Positions 59,044 to 64,000 of a DNA stretch of 64,000 nt are shown one piece after another. The first letter of the stretch is position 1, and the number at the start of each line of letters is the position of its first letter. The notes beneath the pieces are model-generated. The model searched no databases. It saw nothing but the letters and a program-made list of their open reading frames with translations, and was not told the DNA's origin. The stretch spans positions 448,001 through 512,000 of the forward strand of contig CAXXVD010000002.1 of assembly GCA_963662335.2 (NCBI GenBank). The letters are read 5' to 3'. The position numbers were made by a program, and so were the translations under genes. The DNA is from Chloroflexota bacterium (GTDB taxonomy: Bacteria > Chloroflexota > UBA11872 > VXOZ01).

Positions 59044-59313
59044 GGCCGCGCCTTTCCATCGATTCCGCCCCCTGAAGCGCCCACGCGGCGCTAGCTCCGG
59101 CCAAGCTTCCTTGCGGCACCCGAAAGTAACCGCTTACCGCTGCTTCCTTCCGGACCTGACGGGGTTCACGGCCTCTCGCCGCGCAAGACCCAGCCATCAA
59201 CGCCGCAGACCACGCGGCAGCCTCCAGGACGCGCAAACCTCACGGAAAGCTGTCAACCCCGCTATAGCGGATTGCGGGTAACAGGGCACCGCTAACTCCC
59301 CGCCTAGCACGGC
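59044..59313 (-). ncRNA. ffs: Signal recognition particle RNA, large (Alu-containing) type
   Basis: Minus strand begins GCCGTGCTAGGCGGGGAGTTAGCGGTGCCCTGT (Bacillus scRNA-like). It contains the helix-8 motif GTCAGGTCCGGAAGGAAGCAGC, its ends pair, it is ~270 nt, and it lies upstream of dnaX. Confidence 0.93.
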
Positions 59314-59323
59314 CTCGGGTTTA

Positions 59324-59353
59324 ATGCTACGCAAACTCAAGCCACAGCGTCAA
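59324..59353 (-). promoter_or_regulatory. Putative ffs promoter
   Basis: Minus-strand TTGACG-N18-TAGCAT just upstream of the RNA 5' end. Confidence 0.5.
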
Positions 59354-59359
59354 GCGCTG

Positions 59360-59791
59360 CCGGTTGAAGTTGGTGGGATCAAGCAATGGAGAAAATCGAC
59401 GAGACGCGATGGCGGTGGAATTACAAGTCGTAGGCTTTACTTTTCTATTGCCACTCTGGTCTCCCCACGTCTGACTGCGTCGTACATCAGTGCTTTCCAG
59501 AATCACAACATTGATCCGCGCGCAATCCTCATGATGGACTATTCCACCGGCTTCAACGGAGTTCTTGACCAAGTGCTGCACCTGCGCGTCAACCATAGCG
59601 AGCGCTATGCAGATAGCGCGATTCGCGCCAGCACCATTGAGAGATTATGGTCATTGGTGAAGCGTGCGATTGCCGGCCGCCACTACACGGTAGAGCACAC
59701 TGCGTCCTACATTGATGAGGTGGCGTACAAGTACAGTATTGGGAAGTCTGAAACGCCCTGGGACGACTTCATGCAGAGGGGTGTGGCTTAG
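59360..59791 (+). pseudogene. IS1595-family transposase C-terminal remnant
   Basis: IDP.AILM.D, HLRVNHSERY, STIERLWSLVKRAI.G.H, YIDE..Y.Y pattern; N-terminus missing. Confidence 0.75.
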
Positions 59792-60077
59792 TATCTTGGT
59801 TCTTGCGACTGTTTTCGAGCTCTTCAATGCGCTTCTCAAGGGCCTGTATCAGGTGAAGGCAATCGCGCAATACTTCGGCTGCGGCGAGATTGAGAAAAGG
59901 CACAAAGGTGACTCTGCTATCAACGTACTTTTCGGGTAGATACTCTTTCAGACTCCAGTGCACGTCCTTATTGGGCATCTCGTCGTCTGGCACGGGCCAC
60001 ATCCACGACCATTTTTGATAGGTTGCAATCAACTCCTCCGCTCTTTCCGATACGGTTTTCTCAGTTGCCATTCTCAA
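59769..60077 (-). CDS. Hypothetical protein (IS1595 passenger-like)
   Basis: Lower-GC 102-aa ORF convergent with the transposase remnant; RBS AAAGGA. Confidence 0.5.
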   Translation of the reverse strand: MRMATEKTVSERAEELIATYQKWSWMWPVPDDEMPNKDVHWSLKEYLPEKYVDSRVTFVPFLNLAAAEVLRDCLHLIQALEKRIEELENSRKNQDTKPHPSA

Positions 60078-60274
60078 TCCTTTCGCCAGGTAAGGGAATG
60101 ATTCAGGGTAGTAATCCTATGGTCGAGTATCCCCGTAAGCTGCATGTACTCAGTGAGGCTTTGCCTCCTTGTAGTGCGTTCCGGTGTTCTGCGTGCGGTC
60201 TGTTTGCGCAAGTGAGCGACTTCAAGCCTCAGTCGCTCTTTCTCTTCGTCTAAATCGTCCACCTCTTCGCACAA
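60074..60274 (-). CDS. Small coiled-coil hypothetical protein
   Basis: 66-aa ORF overlapping the next ORF; start uncertain. Confidence 0.35.
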   Translation of the reverse strand: MCEEVDDLDEEKERLRLEVAHLRKQTARRTPERTTRRQSLTEYMQLTGILDHRITTLNHSLTWRKD

Positions 60275-60469
60275 CCAGCTTGAGGCATCATCGTTGACGC
60301 CATCGCTGAACTCGTGTAACGTAAGTCTAACTCCTTTGCAAGTATTATGAGTCGAAGCGGGCTGGTGTCAGCGCACCAGTCCGATTTGCCTAATCCTATT
60401 GATGTTGCGATCGACTGTCGATTCTATGGGAATAACGTACTTGACTTGAATCTGGCGTTCAATGTCGAG

Positions 60470-60697
60470 TTACGACTCTCCGTACGGTCCTAGAAACGAC
60501 TCAATCTCCTCGTGGTCACACTCCAAAAATGCAAGCCATGTCCGGACATAGAGGTCAGCCAAGAACTCCCCTCTAGGTATTGGCACGTAGATTGTGCTTC
60601 CGCTTTTGCGCCACACGTCTGTGCGGTCATTTGAAGTCACAAAATAGCAGCCTAAGTCCTTGATTTTATTGATGAAGTGCTGCCGACGTATACGCAT
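60470..60697 (-). CDS. HicA-like toxin, non-canonical
   Basis: Size and pattern FINKIKDLG.YF...VW.K..VPIP..EEIESFL; lacks the GSH histidine. Confidence 0.6.
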   Translation of the reverse strand: MRIRRQHFINKIKDLGCYFVTSNDRTDVWRKSGSTIYVPIPRGEFLADLYVRTWLAFLECDHEEIESFLGPYGES

Positions 60698-60983
60698 GGT
60701 TGTCTACCTGTTGTGCAATAAAGGGCATATCGATCGGTGTGCCTACTTCCAGTCCTGGCGGCTTTGTCCATCCGCGATCAGAAAAGAACTCGTCAATCTC
60801 TCCCTCAATGAGCAGGCTCAGGAAAAGCAGGCTCATTGCATCCCCAATGTTCTGCATTAGTTGCGACCAAGTCTCGCCCTGGGTTGCCATGGTCAAGCCT
60901 TCGCAGAACGCCACATAGTAGCCGGACTCAGTATCTGTAACAAGCCACTCCACTGATGCGTCTATAGTCACCTTGTCGATCAC
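60666..60983 (-). CDS. HicB-like antitoxin (no DNA-binding domain)
   Basis: ESGYYVAFCEGL..ATQGETW..L..NI.DA..L; GTG start after AGAGGAG. Confidence 0.75.
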   Translation of the reverse strand: MIDKVTIDASVEWLVTDTESGYYVAFCEGLTMATQGETWSQLMQNIGDAMSLLFLSLLIEGEIDEFFSDRGWTKPPGLEVGTPIDMPFIAQQVDNHAYTSAALHQ

Positions 60984-61306
60984 GGCATTTTCTCCTCTAG
61001 GGTTGCCTTGATCTGAACACAGTAGCAGACTTGCGTCACGCGAAAGTCCGCTACTTCTGGTTCCACAAGTTACCGCACAAAATTGTGCAAATGAACCTAG
61101 ACCCATTATAGCGTTATACGCTAGAAAGGAGTCAAGGGTTATCAGACTAAAATCCTAGGAAATCTATTCTTTCAGAGCCGGACGATGTGATCAATGCGGT
61201 TCCAGCGGCTCTTCCCCGTCCAATAGCAGCGGTATAGGTGAGAGAAAGAGACCAGCTAGAATCAAGCTAAGTACGTTATTCCGGATTCTATCCAGGAGCG
61301 GTAGTT

Positions 61307-62242
61307 TCAACTAAGGGAGAAGATAGCAGAGTATTGCGACATGTCCTTTTGGTCGTCGTCCATATGTATTACAAGGACAACGTTCATACCTTTCCAAATA
61401 CGCCAAGCTTGCCAGCCGACAACGGAATCGCCAATGCTTAGATAAGGCACCCATTCAATTGGATTGCCGACGAAATCAGGGTAAGGGTGGACTGATCCTT
61501 GACTGCCACTCTCCATAATGAGGCTAGTTGGTTGGGCACTGCTGCATCGAACGATCCATGTACCTACGCATATGTGATAGTTGAAGAATGCCTTGTTCTC
61601 TCCTAGTGTATTGATGCCTGCGAGCTTGACCCTGTACTTCACGGCTACGTCTTCTTCGTCGTGTTTAGGTGCCGTATAATCAATATATTTGTTGCTTCGC
61701 TTTAGGAGATTAGCTTGATCAACTACTGCCTGACCTCTCATGACCTCCAGTACAGTCACCTCCCAGGTTTCGCCATCGTGAGTGAAGCGATGCGGCACAC
61801 CCACAGGCACGGTTGATACACCAGGCCATGCCACTGGTGCAGGCGTGGGTGTGGATAGTGGCACTGGCGTTGGCTGCGGTACCGGCGTTGCGACACCGCC
61901 CCCTGGCGCGTAATCTGCCTCCCAGGGGAAACGCTCGGTGTTGAGCCGCACCACTAGCCCGTTCGGGCCGTTGATCCACGTGCGGTAGCCGTCGGTGAAC
62001 GCAGTCCAATTGTCGGCCTTGCGCCACGCCATGAGGCCGCCAGTGGTCTGTTGATTGCTGTCGCCAATATGGTTGTAGTGCTCGTTCTCCAGGCAGTCGC
62101 CGACAATGTCATGCCCAATTAGATCCCGCAGGGTTGCGAAGCCGAGCCGGAACTCGCAGTGATTGGTGGCGGTTGTTGGAGTGGATAGTAGCAAGAACAA
62201 AAACGCGGACAGAATGAGAGATCGTTGGACTAAGGAACGCAT
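61307..62242 (-). CDS. Secreted protein: conserved-looking N-terminal module + PT linker + DUF4352-like C-terminus
   Basis: Signal peptide; CEFRLGF..WRKADNWTAFTDGYRTWINGP; PTP linker; WEVTVLEV.RG..GDSVVGW. Confidence 0.7.
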   Translation of the reverse strand: MRSLVQRSLILSAFLFLLLSTPTTATNHCEFRLGFATLRDLIGHDIVGDCLENEHYNHIGDSNQQTTGGLMAWRKADNWTAFTDGYRTWINGPNGLVVRLNTERFPWEADYAPGGGVATPVPQPTPVPLSTPTPAPVAWPGVSTVPVGVPHRFTHDGETWEVTVLEVMRGQAVVDQANLLKRSNKYIDYTAPKHDEEDVAVKYRVKLAGINTLGENKAFFNYHICVGTWIVRCSSAQPTSLIMESGSQGSVHPYPDFVGNPIEWVPYLSIGDSVVGWQAWRIWKGMNVVLVIHMDDDQKDMSQYSAIFSLS

Positions 62243-62269
62243 TGCTGGTGCCTCCTTGCGACACGCTAC

Positions 62270-62423
62270 ATAGTGAACGGGTTGCTACAGCCTGACACCA
62301 GAGTGGGCCGCAAGGAGACGTGCAAGCACGTCACTACGAGGGTGTCTCGATCTGAGACCCACTGCTGGTGCGTATTCAAGCTGTAGCAAGTTGCAAGGTA
62401 GCAAGAGGCAAAATGCTAGTCAA
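62270..62423 (-). promoter_or_regulatory. Promoter and structured 5' leader RNA
   Basis: TTGACT-N17-TACCTT; nested stems TTGCTACAGC/GCTGTAGCAA, CACCAG/CTGGTG, AGTGGG/CCCACT, plus two hairpins. Confidence 0.6.
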
Positions 62424-62522
62424 GTTTAAGTCTGCCTACTCCGGGAAGCGCCGCCATTGACAAGCTAGCACTCGCTGGCTAGGATTAAGGGGAGTTTGAG
62501 GCAGGCTTGAGGAGGAGCGGCA

Positions 62523-62711
62523 GTGGCGGCGATTGACGAGAGGGTTGCGCGGATTGAGGGCGGCTACGAGCACTTGGTGACGAAGGCTGACATCGCACGG
62601 CTTGAAGGCGAAATGAAGGCGATGGAAAGCCGGCTCATTCGCTGGATAGTGGTAGTGATGGTACTGTGGGGCGGGGCGCTGATAGCCGCGATGCAGTTTA
62701 TCCCGGTCTGA
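62523..62711 (+). CDS. Small DUF1640/CCDC90-like protein
   Basis: HLVTKADIARLE..MESRLIRWIV plus TM; RBS GAGGAGG. Confidence 0.75.
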   Translation: MAAIDERVARIEGGYEHLVTKADIARLEGEMKAMESRLIRWIVVVMVLWGGALIAAMQFIPV

Positions 62712-62871
62712 TGCGGTTCTTCGCATTCTGACAGGCTGCGGGTAGTTGAAAGAGACCGATATCTGCATCTTCCGAGTTGCTGGCAGCGAGATTGCTTGAC
62801 CAATAGGCTTGGAATCAGTACGATAGAAGCAGTGGCAGGCGCCGTAGCGTTGAGTGGGTAGGATGTCATTT

Positions 62872-63231
62872 ATGTTATCTGTGACACCGACGGCGGTTGA
62901 GCATTTGAAGGGGTTGTTGACGCAGCAGGGGAATCCTGAGGCGGGGTTGCGGGTATTTGTGTCGCCGGGGGGGTGTTCGGGATTTCAGTACGGGATGTCG
63001 ATGGAGGAGCGCGCGGACGACGGTGACGAGGTGATCGAGGAGGCGGGTGTGCGTGTGTTCGTGGACCCGTTCAGCCTGATGTACCTCAGCGGCTCGGAGA
63101 TCGACTTTAGCGACGCCTTGATTGGCGGCGGGTTTACCATCCTGAATCCCAACGCGGAAAAGTCGTGCTCGTGCGGGCAGTCGTTCGATACGGCGGAGAG
63201 CGCCGGCGAGGCGCGGCCTTGTAGCACGTGA
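62872..63231 (+). CDS. Fe-S cluster assembly accessory protein (HesB/IscA/ErpA)
   Basis: LRVFV.PGGCSGFQYGM, NPNA..SCSCGQSF. Confidence 0.93.
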   Translation: MLSVTPTAVEHLKGLLTQQGNPEAGLRVFVSPGGCSGFQYGMSMEERADDGDEVIEEAGVRVFVDPFSLMYLSGSEIDFSDALIGGGFTILNPNAEKSCSCGQSFDTAESAGEARPCST

Positions 63232-63259
63232 CTGACGGGATAGTAAAGGCCGGTTCGTG

Positions 63260-63295
63260 AAGTCCCACTTGTGGTGAGTGGGGCTTTTCTCTTTC
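63260..63295 (+). terminator. Rho-independent terminator
   Basis: AAGTCCCACT-loop-AGTGGGGCTT followed by TTCTCTTT, downstream of the IscA gene. Confidence 0.6.
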
Positions 63296-63740
63296 TATAG
63301 ATGGTCTTCCTGTGGCGTAGCGCGGGGGCTTGTCCCCCGCTGGCCTCTGACATGGGTACGTCTTCAGTGATCGACTTCACGAGTCATTCCGAACGGAGCG
63401 CAGCGGAGTGAGGAATCTTAGGCGCTGCCCCACAATGTCAACATCTCTAGATTCCTCGCTGCGCTCGGAATGACATTTATGTACCCCTGTCAGCCCGCAC
63501 GGGTGGTGGGGTGCGCCGGCAAAGAGAAGATGGATTCCGGCTTGCGCCGGAATGACGGAGAGAGGCGCGGCCGTGCGGCACGTGACGTGATTCCGCACGG
63601 TTTGGTAGGGGAAGTCCCGCTCCACCGGAGCGGGGCTTGCTTCATTAGTTGGGTAGACGACTTTGTGGGGTTTGGATTCGCCGTTTTTGCCACCAGACGC
63701 GGTGGCGGAGACGCGCTTGGGCACGTGTAAGCTCTCTCAG

Positions 63741-64000
63741 AGGCGGGGGACAAGCCTCCGCGCTACAAGGTGTGAGGCCCCATGCTTCGGACCAAGAGCG
63801 GGGGACAAGCCCCCGCGCTCCAGGGCGTGAGGCCTCATGCTTCAGACCAAGAGCGGGGGACAAGCCCCCGCGCTACAGGGCGTGAGGCCCCATGCTTCGG
63901 ACCAAGAGCGGGGGACAAGCCCCCGCGCTACAGGGTGTGGGGCCTCGTGCTAGGGAGCAAGAGCGGGGGACAAGCCCCCGCGCTACAAGGTTTGAGGCCC
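63741..64000. repeat. 55-bp tandem array of REP-containing units (5 copies, runs off window)
   Basis: REP GCGGGGGACAAGCCYCCGCGCT at 63743, 63798, 63853, 63908 and 63963, with near-identical linkers. Confidence 0.9.

Larger units (their letters stand above)
60428..61283. mobile_element. Non-autonomous IS1595-like mobile insertion cassette (MIC) carrying hicB-hicA
   Basis: TIRs GGGAATAACGTACTT / AAGTACGTTATTCCG; 8-bp direct repeat GATTCTAT at 60420-60427 and 61284-61291; no transposase inside. Confidence 0.85.
1734..63556. repeat. Dispersed GTCATTCC-type palindromic repeats (GTCATTCCGAGCGCAGCGAGGAATCT and GTCATTCCCGCGAAAGCGGGAATCCA), often as inverted pairs
   Basis: Examples at 1734, 5761-5833, 8871-8940, 20692, 21654, 28408, 33405, 37210, 40826-40918, 46535-46626, 58677, 58846, 63383-63474 and 63531. 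Confidence 0.88.
6052..63986. repeat. Dispersed GTAG-type REP family GTAGCGCGGGGGCTTGTCCCCCGC (~30 full/partial copies)
   Basis: Examples at 8697, 8979, 12291, 17898, 20582, 21584, 21684, 26632, 26674, 27201, 27255, 28529, 28578, 30546, 33339, 44675, 46683, 50378, 50447 and 63317. Confidence 0.92.

Noticed and set aside
59324-59360. N-terminus of the tracked 155-aa ORF as a real start
   Set aside because: It overlaps the ffs promoter on the opposite strand; transposase similarity begins only downstream.
63377-63885. Short ORFs containing RGTSPRAT / SAGACPP / VIPSAARNL / DSSLRSE peptides (also near 8872, 20382, 28347, 46591, 58671)
   Set aside because: They are translations of intergenic palindromic repeats, not genes.
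63741-64000. Possible CRISPR array
   Set aside because: The intervening sequences are near-identical rather than unique spacers, the repeat is the dispersed REP, and no cas genes are present.

Overview
High-GC bacterial chromosomal segment, most likely Chloroflexota. This rests on a large Alu-type SRP RNA, Chloroflexi-style surface-protein modules and gene content; the taxonomy is an inference. The housekeeping backbone is nfo, a Cof-type HAD, class II ribonucleotide reductase with two NrdR boxes, glpK, polA, glycerate kinase, pyk, rpiB-tal-pgi-zwf, proS, dnaX, ffs and an IscA/ErpA gene. The intergenic DNA is saturated with several families of palindromic REP-like repeats. These are nested inside each other, tandemly amplified, hit by IS elements and in one case translated inside a protein. 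Three IS5-family elements and an IS1595 remnant are present. The most notable observations are: (1) an 856-bp transposase-free cassette with IS1595-like inverted repeats and a perfect 8-bp target duplication, carrying only a non-canonical hicB-hicA pair; (2) an identical 16-bp micro-element inserted twice, in opposite orientations and in frame, at GC dinucleotides inside an IS5 transposase, plus a 24-bp micro-insert elsewhere; (3) a tandem-AAA+ / VWA / CPBP-like three-gene module resembling a split midasin/VWA8, with many degenerate catalytic motifs; (4) a HEPN-MNT fusion whose linker is built from two REPs; (5) a REP-carrying, REP-targeting MITE in four copies; and (6) a structured c4-like leader RNA. 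No CRISPR array, tRNA or rRNA was seen. Family assignments come from motif recognition by eye, not database searches.
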